Below, in pieces: positions 19,201 through 27,961 of a stretch of DNA of 64,000 nt (position 1 is the first letter of the stretch; each line of letters opens with the position of its first letter). Where the stretch lies: the IMG/VR virus record IMGVR_UViG_3300045988_121070; one strand, 5' to 3'. Below the pieces are notes generated by a model, which saw only the letters and a list, made by a program, of their open reading frames with translations, was not told the DNA's origin and made no database searches. The translations under genes and the position numbers were made by a program. Origin of the DNA: a virus.

Positions 19201-20751
19201 TGAGAACGCATTAGCACCTGTGTTACCCTTCTGTCCGCTCTTGATGATAGGTATCGTCTCGCGGTCGAGGATGAGATCATCCGTGACGTTGTTAGCCACC
19301 GTTGTCTTAGCGATGCAGAACTCATAGGACGTATATGCCGTACTGGAAGACACCGTGATAGCCGACGAATACGCATACCATGCGCTCCACGATCCGTTAC
19401 TCAGGTAGCGGTAGAAGATGCGGTAGGTTGTATCGAATGCCGTTGTCTGGTTAGCCACCGTAGAGATAGTGCCATTATAGTTCTTAGAGTAACCACATGT
19501 CAGAGAATGCGATGACGGTGTGAGTGTGTCGCTGCTGTTGCGTGAGAATGCCAACGACTGATGAGACGGCAGCACCTTGTAGATGGTTGGCGATACACCA
19601 GGCGCACCAGCGCGTAGTGCGTTGAGCGTGAAAGCCACCTGATACGTCTTCTCGTTGTAAGTGACGGGAATGGTGATGATATAGCGCTCATCGGCGAGAG
19701 CAGTATTAGCCGAGAACTTCCATGAAACAGAAATGTTGCCAGATGACTGCGAAACGGTAGGTGTGACCCCAGCCAGTTTTACCGAGGCAGCTGTTGGAGC
19801 CGTGATGCCCGACGTAATCTGCGTAGCCCCCTTGTAGAGTTTCACGTTGACTACAATGGTTGTCGTTTTCGTCACCTTACCCGTGCTGTCACATGGCAGG
19901 CTATCCATTTCGTTGTCGAGGTCGAGAACAAAGGCATCGTCACCATCGCGTCCCCACACCGTAGGTCCAGACACCAGGTATTCCACTGACGTATTGCCAT
20001 TGCCATCGACAAATACCGTGCGCACACACTGGAAAAGGTAGCGGTTTGTCTCAGAGTAGCCACACTGTGAGAGCGCACTCCAGGTGTTCCATTCGTTGTC
20101 ATTGGTAGGTGTAGCGGGTACAGAGCCAGTGGTGTTCGCCTTGAAGCGCGTTGACTGACTCTGTATGCCACGTCCTGTGAGACCTTCGGCACCCTCTGCG
20201 ATAACGCGGATGTCGTGACGTTCCACCTCGATAGTGCCATAGAGCAGCACAAACGTGACGACCGACACGTTAGCCGTAGAGACATTTGTTCCGAGAGTAT
20301 AGGCAGCTGCTGTTGTGTCGCGGTACACCTTAACGCTGTAACCCGCCGGTGGTGTGGTGATACGTTCCGCCGAGCCGTCCGCATTACGTTTGATGAGTGA
20401 GCACGAGACGTTATCCGGTGTTACCGTATCATCCTGAGCCTTGATGATTGCCGAGTGAGACGGCACCAAGTCATAGTCATAGCCATTCTGTCCGAGTGAG
20501 CCACCGAACTCAATGACGGGATCGAGGTGAGAGCCGTCCGTGAGATACGTGATGCTCTTATGCCAAAGGTACGGAGCTGCAGACGTAGGTACGGGAGCCT
20601 GCTGTCCCTCCGGCACAAGCTGCCAGCGTGAGTCGTTGGCTGCGGGTTGAACCCCCGAAGCCTCGGTGATATAGTAATTATCTATATGGTCCACAGATAC
20701 CGTTGGTTTCTGTGCTGTGATAGCGAATGTCTGCGATATGACTGGTTTCAT
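16294..20751 (-). CDS. Tail fibre or large distal tail protein with internal repeats
   Basis: 1485 aa. Repeated modules LDLDNEMDSLPCDSTGKV / LDIDNEMAAIPVNQQGKV and DRETIPIIKSG / DRETIPIITDG. Confidence 0.7.
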   Translation of the reverse strand: MKPVISQTFAITAQKPTVSVDHIDNYYITEASGVQPAANDSRWQLVPEGQQAPVPTSAAPYLWHKSITYLTDGSHLDPVIEFGGSLGQNGYDYDLVPSHSAIIKAQDDTVTPDNVSCSLIKRNADGSAERITTPPAGYSVKVYRDTTAAAYTLGTNVSTANVSVVTFVLLYGTIEVERHDIRVIAEGAEGLTGRGIQSQSTRFKANTTGSVPATPTNDNEWNTWSALSQCGYSETNRYLFQCVRTVFVDGNGNTSVEYLVSGPTVWGRDGDDAFVLDLDNEMDSLPCDSTGKVTKTTTIVVNVKLYKGATQITSGITAPTAASVKLAGVTPTVSQSSGNISVSWKFSANTALADERYIITIPVTYNEKTYQVAFTLNALRAGAPGVSPTIYKVLPSHQSLAFSRNSSDTLTPSSHSLTCGYSKNYNGTISTVANQTTAFDTTYRIFYRYLSNGSWSAWYAYSSAITVSSSTAYTSYEFCIAKTTVANNVTDDLILDRETIPIIKSGQKGNTGANAFSLDIDNEMAAIPVNQQGKVETQKTLSFGLQAYYGTTAVGSSCTITANNIPSGFTVNLDDPLNPVVTIAADTTPAEISEITFRAVHATYGTREAVFTICAVKSGGKGEDAELYQLLPSQTTLPFDRNANGNINTRSYTLTCQIQLVKGNTTTNYSSLSGYYLYYGWNGAASPSSVLPTSGVTVSQWYPNNGYTSLVLELWRGARSVSGSVRLDRETIPIITDGSRGPEGEGDPGNGISVDDFYYCLTATPTPPTTPLTTANGWYKQGTSGCPTAPTNAKPYLWQCEHIEYTEDTSMNKNIIKLVQVYNMGIQPNLLEQTAFDSEDVMNKWMTANGEVIPQARGQHNAWGIFPSSATYREMLQQLVFSPGNIGKIRPANYYTLSFYSRTRRYINVTGDTYGFFFQNIYLKAGSYKLQFNGHCSQAAKNAGVQLNGYLWYSGDYGQTEDWGICVSTSIDTTADGTATTGILTVTRAGYYKMGFYAYKTSGHAGDPGQSVTVNWWRILCTTNNSRFDTYCYPSAVAGGTTYFVDGVVKTNLPGDTGIQWYLDNDDDLADNLGWTHHSVTFLTKSEITAADQKILFRIFNTYVEICNPKLEECIMATPWCEHEGDNDMHCDHNPCGTWRSGTRYYYCNGQRDTIQAAISASNTNKTWYRLKKRTTSQGYLSTTQPYLDTEHWEKASNLKFSIVDAMFAEEIFTDKLTVSKIRGANGKFTLDENGNVTANGGTYDNITSKDGTFQNANIEYGEIGGWELASGRIGRANAGGATTYEGLSLYDEFICFNGGTGKQAILGTWSSLGQPMLVRLTDTSNDSLKATGIIFDFRNSNSWGYDRAFGGNGDGVLNGIMCGYKLNIFTPSSSNNAIPLKQGNNVLISGTYQSVYLPSRYTIYSLLGCGSTGRFAFDMYVMASAGTHFWLLGYRSGATDCPHIRNNDYGDQQNGIEMAAGDTVHLKIVYDGTNFDAYIISHRN

Positions 20752-20763
20752 ACTTTTTATTTT

Positions 20764-21849
20764 TTAAGAGGCTGTAACGATGCCGTTGATCTTGTAGCCG
20801 TTGGCAGCTATGAAGTCGTAGGGCACAATCATGGTGGCACGGTTGTTAGCGATAGTCACTTCAGGCACGTTGCCCGTAATCTCGTTCTGTTGCCCATCGT
20901 AGAGGACTACGTTAAACGTCGTATATTGCGTATTGATGGCCGTCGGGTCCTCCATGGTAGCCACCCACATCGTGACGGTACACTGTTCACCAGGAGCCAG
21001 TTGTCCGCTGAAGTCAGAGTTGGAGCCATTGAGTGAGATATACAGGAACTCAGGATCCTGTGTGTCGTCGATAGAAGCGAAAGCCGTAGCCACGCGGTTT
21101 GTCATGGCGCTATCCGAGAAGAAGTCGCAGCGGATGATGATATTATCCGTCACATCAGCCTCGTTGATAGACAATGAGCGAGCGTTACGTGCTGCCACGA
21201 ACTCAGTGCCCGTTCCCGCATTGTACCATTTAGTGTACCACGTAGCAGGCTGTTGTCCGTCATCGCCATAAAGAGAAGCCGCAATCGTCACAGTCTGTCC
21301 CTTATCGGTGATGATAGCCGACTCAGGCGATAGCAGTCCGAGGAATCCCTGTGTGGTCATCTGTGCAATCTTGACATCAACCGCACACTGGAAGCCCATC
21401 TGTTTTCCAGCCACCTCTACCGAGCCTTCATAGCCGATTACATCGAGGTCGATATTCGTTGGGCTTGCGAGGTTGCTGATGATAGTCAGGCAGGGCAGTT
21501 GGTAGGAGTTACCACCCAGTGAAGCCGTTGTAGTGCCCACCTGAAACAGCGGGTCGCCAGCACCGTCGAGGAAGTTTGTTGACTTGTTATCCTGTCCGAA
21601 GACAATCTCCACATCATTATAGAGCCATTTCCCGTTGACAATGCCCGATGCCGAGATATACTGTACCCCTTTACGGATGACAGGATAAATCATAGGGCGT
21701 GTGGCAGCATCCGCTTTCCAGTCAGGTATGCAGCGCTGAGTGCCAGGGTTGTAGTTCTGTGACAGTGTTCCACTAATGCGGAGTGAGCCTTGCACGGTGA
21801 CACCCTCCTGGAGGGCAGTCAGTGCGAAGTGGTTGGAAATATTGTTCAT
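20764..21849 (-). CDS. Tail fibre-associated protein
   Basis: 361 aa ORF immediately upstream of the 1485 aa fibre gene. Confidence 0.55.
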   Translation of the reverse strand: MNNISNHFALTALQEGVTVQGSLRISGTLSQNYNPGTQRCIPDWKADAATRPMIYPVIRKGVQYISASGIVNGKWLYNDVEIVFGQDNKSTNFLDGAGDPLFQVGTTTASLGGNSYQLPCLTIISNLASPTNIDLDVIGYEGSVEVAGKQMGFQCAVDVKIAQMTTQGFLGLLSPESAIITDKGQTVTIAASLYGDDGQQPATWYTKWYNAGTGTEFVAARNARSLSINEADVTDNIIIRCDFFSDSAMTNRVATAFASIDDTQDPEFLYISLNGSNSDFSGQLAPGEQCTVTMWVATMEDPTAINTQYTTFNVVLYDGQQNEITGNVPEVTIANNRATMIVPYDFIAANGYKINGIVTAS

Positions 21850-21867
21850 ACTTATTGCTGATTAGGA

Positions 21868-21890
21868 CCCAGCCGAGAAGAACGGCTGGG
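21868..21890 (-). repeat. GC hairpin family copy
   Basis: cccagccgagaagaacggctggg followed by cacggtg, preceded by attagga. Confidence 0.7.
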
Positions 21891-21898
21891 CACGGTGT

Positions 21899-22384
21899 CT
21901 AATGAATGAGAATGGCGAGGATAAGCGTTGTGTAGCAGAACAGTTCGAGTACAAAGATGCCCTTACCTTCGAGCCATTTAGGTATAGGCGCGAAGACAAA
22001 GTAGAGCAGTGCGAACCATAGCAGCAGCCAGTAGGGGCTGATAATGAGCACACAGAGTTGAGAGAGCACTCCAGCAGCTACTGCCAACACCGAATGTGCC
22101 GTGTTAGGATCGTTGTGGATGAGCGGCAGGGTGCCTATGAATGCCAGTGATGCGATGAACAGAAACCCGACAAACTGGAACATAGAGCCATCCATAGCGT
22201 CGAGGAGGGCAGGGCATGTGCCGAAGGCGATAGCCCAGATGAACAGCGTCCAAAGGTACTGATATTTTCGCGGGAGGTTGAAGACCATGTGCGAGACTGA
22301 TGCCGGCAGTTCCTTATGGATGTAGATAGTGGTGCCCACGTAGAGCACTGCTATCAGGACTGAGATAAGAAGTAATGTTGTCAT
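21899..22384 (-). CDS. Multi-pass membrane protein
   Basis: 161 aa, about 5 hydrophobic segments. Confidence 0.6.
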   Translation of the reverse strand: MTTLLLISVLIAVLYVGTTIYIHKELPASVSHMVFNLPRKYQYLWTLFIWAIAFGTCPALLDAMDGSMFQFVGFLFIASLAFIGTLPLIHNDPNTAHSVLAVAAGVLSQLCVLIISPYWLLLWFALLYFVFAPIPKWLEGKGIFVLELFCYTTLILAILIH

Positions 22385-22401
22385 AACTTTGGGGTTTAGG
22401 A

Positions 22402-22421
22402 CCCCGCCGAGAACGGCGGGG
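22402..22421 (-). repeat. GC hairpin family copy
   Basis: ccccgccgagaacggcgggg followed by cacggtggtta. Confidence 0.7.
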
Positions 22422-22469
22422 CACGGTGGTTAATGATATCGAGATTGAATCGCGACGCAAGAGCGAAAC

Positions 22470-23159
22470 TTACTTGAAGACCAGCTTATCGGGGTAGCCA
22501 GTGGTGAAGTCGTAGGCGATGACAGCATCCGAGATTTCCATGGCGAGGATTTCCGCCTTATGAGCTGCTGTGCAGTCATAGCACTCAGAGGCATACACTT
22601 CGAGAGCGGCGAGCATCTGCAGACCGTCGTCGATAGCCAGTGTAAAGGACATGTTCTCGTACCAGAGCGTAGAAGTAGTCTTACCCATGGACTTCTCCGC
22701 GTTGAGACGTGCGATAAGACCATTACGCATATCCTTATCGAGCCACATATTGACACCCTGGTAGGTGAATTGGTTGACAGCATCCGAACTGTCATACGTT
22801 GCCAACTGAGCCAGTTTCATGGTCTTGGCGATAGCGAGGCGGTCGCCGGTGAGGATGCCCGCATCGACGAGTGTCAGCAGTGCTTCGGCAGCGATGGCTT
22901 CGGCAGCAGTGGCAGTGAGCAATTCACCATCGTACTCATGTGCGAGCAGTGCATCCTTGACGCGTTCGATGGTAAACGGGTTCTTCAGTCGTACCACGTA
23001 GGCACGGTAGAGTGTGCGAGTTTCCGGCTCCTGACCAGCGGGAGTCTCCTCTTGTGTGTTGACAGGCACCTGTTCCTCGGTGACGTTGAACGAGATACGC
23101 AGCACGTCGCCCTCCATGGTGGCGAGGTCGGGGCGTTCAAAAAATTCTGACTTTTTCAT
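22470..23159 (-). CDS. Hypothetical protein downstream of the DGR reverse transcriptase
   Basis: 229 aa ORF. Confidence 0.6.
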   Translation of the reverse strand: MKKSEFFERPDLATMEGDVLRISFNVTEEQVPVNTQEETPAGQEPETRTLYRAYVVRLKNPFTIERVKDALLAHEYDGELLTATAAEAIAAEALLTLVDAGILTGDRLAIAKTMKLAQLATYDSSDAVNQFTYQGVNMWLDKDMRNGLIARLNAEKSMGKTTSTLWYENMSFTLAIDDGLQMLAALEVYASECYDCTAAHKAEILAMEISDAVIAYDFTTGYPDKLVFK

Positions 23160-23196
23160 AATTCAATATTTTTAAAAGGGTTATTACTATGTGGGC

Positions 23197-23216
23197 CCCA
23201 GCCGATAACGGCTGGG
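23197..23216 (-). repeat. GC hairpin family copy
   Basis: cccagccgataacggctggg followed by agtggtggcta. Confidence 0.7.
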
Positions 23217-23224
23217 AGTGGTGG

Positions 23225-24571
23225 CTATTGGATGGCATAGTCGGGTAGGCCAGAAGTGTTGGTACGCACCAATGTGCCCTTGAATGGGAATCCGTCGTGA
23301 CTATTGATGTAGAACAGCGCCTGCGTGAGTTTCTGGTTATTGGTGAAGAACTTATACTTTTGTCCGTTCTCCTCCACCTGAATGACTGTTGCCGGTTTGT
23401 TGTATTTCGATTTCACGTCAAACTCAACATCCGTAAACACTATCTCGCGTCCACAGAGCATGGATGCCGATACCTTAGTACCTTCGAGGATGCGTTTACC
23501 CTCAGCGTCCTTTTTCTCAAATGCAGGAACATTCAGATCCTTATATGATTTCATTTTCATTACAGCGCACCAGAGGTTATAGCCATTGCAGTGCATGGCC
23601 CATCCTTTGTAGCTGGCAGCGGCACGATAGCGTTTCAGCGGGTCTTTGATGCGGTGCATCTTCTGCTTAAACTTCGCCTTCATGCGTTTGCGCAGCAGTG
23701 TGTGTTTGAAGAAAAACATATAGCCCACGAAGTCGAGTCGGTGTTTCTCGTCAATGATCTGCATTCCGATATTCTCATGCAGTGGCTGTTCCATGACCTC
23801 ATCGGCATACTTTTTGATGAAGTTGACCGCTTTCCACACCTCTTTCTTATTGGTGCCAACGATCACCATATCATCGCAGTATATCTCCATCCACACGTCG
23901 AAGAGCATCATTACCAGTCGGCACAGCGGGCATGTGTAGTAGTTGGCGATAGGCTGTATTGGGAACAGTCCGATGCCCAGTCCGCTGTCACATGCCGTCA
24001 CTATCTCACGGATGAGATAGCGGATGCCCTTATTGCCGAACTTCTTAGCCAGGTGGTTATACACCTTATCCTGGTCGATATTATGATAGAACTTCACGAA
24101 GTCCAGTTTGACGAAATAGATGCGGTCGTTATGCTTGCGGTGAATGTCGATATACCTTTTGGTACGACGAGCCGCGAAGTGCATCCCCTTACCTTTGATA
24201 GATGCCGAAGAGTCGTAGTAATACGCCCGCATCATGGTAGGCATAATGACCTGCATCAGTGCATGGTTCTCGATATGGTCAGGAAAATATGGCAGTTTAT
24301 GAAGCACACGGTCCTTCCCGCATGGACAGTGTCGTACACACTCATGTCCTGGGGAAGTATGGTATGCTTCATTTTTCAGCAAATCGTGCAAGAGATTGAG
24401 ATTGCCTTGTGGGTCGCGGTCGAACAAGCGTACTCCCTTGTGCGCATCCTTCCCCCGTCGAGCCTCTATGTCGGCTTGACGCAGGTTCAACGGGTCATAG
24501 ACCTGTTGGATGCGCAGTTTTCTATTCTTTCCGCGCAGGCGTTTCTTACGTTGATAAGCTAATTCTGCCAT
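23225..24571 (-). CDS. Reverse transcriptase of the diversity-generating retroelement
   Basis: 448 aa. RT motifs FVKLDFVKFYHNI and IYCDDMVIVG (YxDD box). Lies immediately 3' of a TR that matches two VRs. Confidence 0.85.
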   Translation of the reverse strand: MAELAYQRKKRLRGKNRKLRIQQVYDPLNLRQADIEARRGKDAHKGVRLFDRDPQGNLNLLHDLLKNEAYHTSPGHECVRHCPCGKDRVLHKLPYFPDHIENHALMQVIMPTMMRAYYYDSSASIKGKGMHFAARRTKRYIDIHRKHNDRIYFVKLDFVKFYHNIDQDKVYNHLAKKFGNKGIRYLIREIVTACDSGLGIGLFPIQPIANYYTCPLCRLVMMLFDVWMEIYCDDMVIVGTNKKEVWKAVNFIKKYADEVMEQPLHENIGMQIIDEKHRLDFVGYMFFFKHTLLRKRMKAKFKQKMHRIKDPLKRYRAAASYKGWAMHCNGYNLWCAVMKMKSYKDLNVPAFEKKDAEGKRILEGTKVSASMLCGREIVFTDVEFDVKSKYNKPATVIQVEENGQKYKFFTNNQKLTQALFYINSHDGFPFKGTLVRTNTSGLPDYAIQ

Positions 24572-24589
24572 TGTTTCTCTTCATTTATT

Positions 24590-24610
24590 CCCAGCGGGCG
24601 AACCGCTGGG
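24590..24610 (-). repeat. GC hairpin family copy
   Basis: cccagcgggcgaaccgctggg followed by cacagtagtggtta. Confidence 0.7.
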
Positions 24611-24944
24611 CACAGTAGTGGTTACTTTTGACACAGATGTGATGGGAGGGCCTTCTACATTTCTTGGCTCACGGGTGTTCGGTATATGCGTACAACTGCA
24701 TTGCTTACTTGCGCGAGGGGACTTTGTTGTCCGACGATGTGATAGCGCATCTTTGTGTCAGACTCATACCCAATGCCTTTTATCTTTGCTCTGTCAGGTA
24801 GAGAGGACAAAGGGGGGAAACCGCTTTGCACTCGCTAACCCTCCATCGAGACAGGCTCAATCGTGTGCTCATCCTCTTTGGCTTTCGCGAAGTCAGTGAG
24901 GACAAACAGTGGAAACATATCAGATAACTCTTTTTTTGTTCAAT

Positions 24945-25063
24945 GTAGATGTTCAGGCGAGCGCCGATGTTCGTGTTCGAGTTCGAGAAACCGTTATTCG
25001 AGTTCGCATACGAAAGACCGCATTGCGCACCGTTATTCGCGTTACCCCCGACGTTCAGCAGCT
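24945..25063 (-). repeat. DGR template repeat (TR)
   Basis: 119 nt. About 30 coding-strand adenines. Encodes the Asn-rich GGNANNGAQCGLSYANSNNGFSNSNTNIGARLNIY. Aligns to VR1 and VR2. Confidence 0.9.
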
Positions 25064-25293
25064 CCACGATATGTTGCCTTTTCCTCCGTTTCCCCGTTGA
25101 GCTGTAGAAGGCTCGAACAACCTATGTTGCTATTCTCTTTGGGGAAGGAGTCTATCAGTTTGTATGTTCAGGAAGTCAATCCCTGACATCAAGTGTCTCA
25201 GTAAGTCAATTTTTTATGGATGGTCACGCTCTTGTGACTTCACCTCTTGATGTGACTTTTTTAATTGTTATTACTCTTGTTACTTTTTTACAT

Positions 25294-25313
25294 CCCAGCC
25301 GAAACCGGCTGGG
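25294..25313 (-). repeat. GC hairpin family copy
   Basis: cccagccgaaaccggctggg followed by cactgtgg, between target 1 and the TR. Confidence 0.7.
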
Positions 25314-25375
25314 CACTGTGGCGAAAGCCGCAGAGAGGGAGCGAGCCGGATGCCGGCTGGCCAATGATTGTCCGC

Positions 25376-26629
25376 TTACGCGGAAATCATGGCCACCAGC
25401 TCCGCACCGCTCACGAATATCGGTTCTCCGTAGAAGGCCAGGCGAGCGCCGATGTTCGTGTACGAGGTCGAGAAACCGCTAGCCGAGTACGCAGACGAAA
25501 GACCGCATGGCGCACCGCTATCCGCGTAACCCCCGACGAACAGCAGCTGACCACCCGTAGCGAACCAATACCCATCGCAGTAGTATGTATTAGAACCGGC
25601 ACCAACAGCCTGGCATATCATATCCCAGTATTCGCCCAGTTCCATGCTCTTAGCATAAGTACCACTGCCACTCTGAGAAGAGAGGGCACAGACAAACTCA
25701 CGGCCTTCAGCGGTATTGCTGACAATATTGCCGTCATAGACGATAGCATAGCGCACGTCGTCGCGCATCTCGAAGCGGATGCCAGGACGGAACTCCCACA
25801 GTTTGCCCCATAGGTCCTCGAAGCCGAACAGCTTGACAGGATATTGGTCGCCGATGGTGGCATCCGTATAGAACACCTTACCTGAACCGTCGCCTAATGA
25901 CTTACAGAGGCCCATAGGCACGTTACGAGCAGCCTCCCATGAACTCGTCTGGAATCCAGCACCGATAACCTCCTGAGAGTTCAGCGAGCCATAGCGGGCC
26001 TGGAAGAGCGCATTGATAAGACAATGGAAGCCATAGTTAGCCAATCCCCACTGTGTGCCGAGCTGCTGTGCGCAGTTCCAGAAGGCGCTCATTGTCTTAG
26101 AATGGCCAGGAGCCACGTTCGGGCGTGAGTGTCCGGCACCGCCACCATCTACTGACATCTTGTAAGCACCTACCCAATGCGGTGAGCCAAAGACATGTCC
26201 TCCGTCAATAGGTACGAGACCGCCGAAGTTCAGCGTCTTGTTTTCTCCGAGGAAATGGCAGTCAGGCACATGGATCATCGTCTCACATGCTGCTTCTATA
26301 GCTGCTGTGACAGGTGTTGCATCCGCGAACTTATCCCATGTAGAGCCATTCAGTTTGGCAGCATATACCTTTCCGTCCTTGCGGAAAAACATATAGCCAC
26401 CCATCTGAGCCTGATAGAGTTCTGCAGCACCACGATTATTGACCGTGAATGCAGGGTTAGAGTTTTCTTCCAACGTGTGTTTGGAAGCGAGCGCACCGAC
26501 CACCGTTGACGGAATGGCCGCATTAGCAACCTCAGAAGGCATTGCTTCATAGAAGTTGCTTGCACTGGTGACACACAACACACGAGCGATGCCTTCACCA
26601 GGGTTGAGAGTTGTTTTTGCTTTCTTCAT
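25376..26629 (-). CDS. DGR target protein 1 (C-terminal variable, C-type-lectin/FGE-like domain), probable receptor-binding protein
   Basis: 417 aa. The C-terminus ...GGYADSGAPCGLSSAYSASGFSTSYTNIGARLAFY is encoded by VR1. Sits in the tail-fibre module. Confidence 0.85.
   Translation of the reverse strand: MKKAKTTLNPGEGIARVLCVTSASNFYEAMPSEVANAAIPSTVVGALASKHTLEENSNPAFTVNNRGAAELYQAQMGGYMFFRKDGKVYAAKLNGSTWDKFADATPVTAAIEAACETMIHVPDCHFLGENKTLNFGGLVPIDGGHVFGSPHWVGAYKMSVDGGGAGHSRPNVAPGHSKTMSAFWNCAQQLGTQWGLANYGFHCLINALFQARYGSLNSQEVIGAGFQTSSWEAARNVPMGLCKSLGDGSGKVFYTDATIGDQYPVKLFGFEDLWGKLWEFRPGIRFEMRDDVRYAIVYDGNIVSNTAEGREFVCALSSQSGSGTYAKSMELGEYWDMICQAVGAGSNTYYCDGYWFATGGQLLFVGGYADSGAPCGLSSAYSASGFSTSYTNIGARLAFYGEPIFVSGAELVAMISA
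25430..25548 (-). repeat. DGR variable repeat 1 (VR1)
   Basis: Hand alignment to the TR gives 119 nt with 16 differences. All 16 are at plus-strand T of the TR, which is coding-strand A. Confidence 0.9.
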
Positions 26630-26670
26630 TTCGTTTTATTTTAAAGGGTTATTATTAAAGCCTTTAGCGG

Positions 26671-26690
26671 CCCAGCCGAGAACGGCTGGG
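26671..26690 (-). repeat. GC hairpin family copy
   Basis: cccagccgagaacggctggg followed by agtggtggtta. Confidence 0.7.
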
Positions 26691-26698
26691 AGTGGTGG

Positions 26699-27883
26699 TT
26701 ATGTGCGAATGGCGATAGTGTTTCCGTCGGACAGTTGGATAAGTTCTCCGTCTTCATCGGCGAGGACATCATAGACTGTGCGTAGAGAGACAAATGGGTC
26801 CACGAGATATTTCACGCCGAACGTATTGAATAGTTTGTTGCCAGGCACCGTCACCTCCATGCCATACTCTCCGAGCATTTCAGGAGGATTTGTCGATCCC
26901 TGTTGACGTATGCCCCAGTTTGGCATGAGCCAGTGGCGTTTCTGTTCGGCAGTCATATCATTATGCTTTGCCACATGCACCATCATGCCAAACGTCATCC
27001 ATGCCGACTCTGGGAATACACGGTTGCCACCATAGGAGAACACCGTAGGCAGAATCTTAGGAAAGCGCCATGCAATAGCTGCTGTTGCCTCGTTATGGAT
27101 ATCTGGAGCCGCTGTTGACGTGCCGTTGTTTACACCAATGCGACAGCGCACCAGGATGTCCTCTATAAAGTCCATATCGACCGCCAGTGTCGCGCTATTC
27201 TTACCGTTGACATACCATAGGCAGTCTTCCGTGATGGCGAGCCATGTAGCGCCAGCATCCAGAGAGTAGTCCCAGAACCACGCCACCTGAGCCGTCTTAT
27301 CCACGCCACCCAGTCGTGCTTCCGCCTCGAAAGTGTAGATGGTGGTAGCAGCAGACAGCGGGAAGTGCTTACGAGTGCGGTCACACAGGATATTGATGCT
27401 CCACTGTTCGTCAGCCTGCAATACAGCCGACAATGAGAGCGTGTCGGACATGATCTGAGGAGAAGACGTGCGCGTGTCAACGAAGCGGCATTCACAATAC
27501 ACCTTGACACCATTCTGATGAGTGAAGTTCTTACGGACGTAGAGAAGATCGCCCACCAGGTAGTAGTCAGCCGTTGCATCCGTTGTCGTAACCTGCGTAT
27601 CGTTGACGTACCAGTATATCTGAGGTACGATGCTCTCCACGTCCAGGTTCTTATCGACATCGTATATCGTATATTCCGCTTGCAGTCGAAGTGCTCCATC
27701 CGTCTGTTGGCCATGCGCATCGATGACCGGCGCAATGGAATGATCCGGCAGCCACTCCTGTGTAGTCTGTCTATAAAACTGGAGTGATGACATGCCACCC
27801 AGAATAACGATTTTCATCGCCGTGTTCAGTGGGCGGAAAGTCGTCGAGACCGCAAACGGTTGTGAGTTTTGGAGTTGTTTCAT
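26699..27883 (-). CDS. Hypothetical tail-module protein
   Basis: ATG 27883 (MKQLQNSQPF...). The track start at 27919 lies inside the PAL-A palindrome. Confidence 0.6.
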   Translation of the reverse strand: MKQLQNSQPFAVSTTFRPLNTAMKIVILGGMSSLQFYRQTTQEWLPDHSIAPVIDAHGQQTDGALRLQAEYTIYDVDKNLDVESIVPQIYWYVNDTQVTTTDATADYYLVGDLLYVRKNFTHQNGVKVYCECRFVDTRTSSPQIMSDTLSLSAVLQADEQWSINILCDRTRKHFPLSAATTIYTFEAEARLGGVDKTAQVAWFWDYSLDAGATWLAITEDCLWYVNGKNSATLAVDMDFIEDILVRCRIGVNNGTSTAAPDIHNEATAAIAWRFPKILPTVFSYGGNRVFPESAWMTFGMMVHVAKHNDMTAEQKRHWLMPNWGIRQQGSTNPPEMLGEYGMEVTVPGNKLFNTFGVKYLVDPFVSLRTVYDVLADEDGELIQLSDGNTIAIRT

Positions 27884-27899
27884 ATCTTTTCTTTTAGAA

Positions 27900-27926
27900 C
27901 TGCGATCATATCGCAGCATACGAGAC
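27900..27926 (-). promoter_or_regulatory. PAL-A variant
   Basis: ctgcgatcatatcgcag followed by catacgagac. Confidence 0.55.
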
Positions 27927-27934
27927 TATTATTA

Positions 27935-27954
27935 CCCAGCGGAGAACCACTGGG
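27935..27954 (-). repeat. GC hairpin family copy
   Basis: cccagcggagaaccactggg followed by catagtgcta. Confidence 0.65.
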
Positions 27955-27961
27955 CATAGTG

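Larger units (their letters stand above)
24572..25063 (-). ncRNA. DGR template RNA: TR plus about 370 nt spacer
   Basis: TR 24945-25063 is followed on the minus strand by an ORF-poor spacer, with a hairpin at 24590-24610 just before the RT start codon. Confidence 0.5.

Noticed and set aside
24780-25067. 95 aa minus-strand ORF between target 1 and the RT, considered as a possible Avd.
   Set aside because: Its N-terminal part is simply the TR read in the VR frame (GGNANNGAQCGLSYANSNNGFSNSNTNIGARLNIY), and it continues into the spacer. It has no helical-bundle-like sequence.
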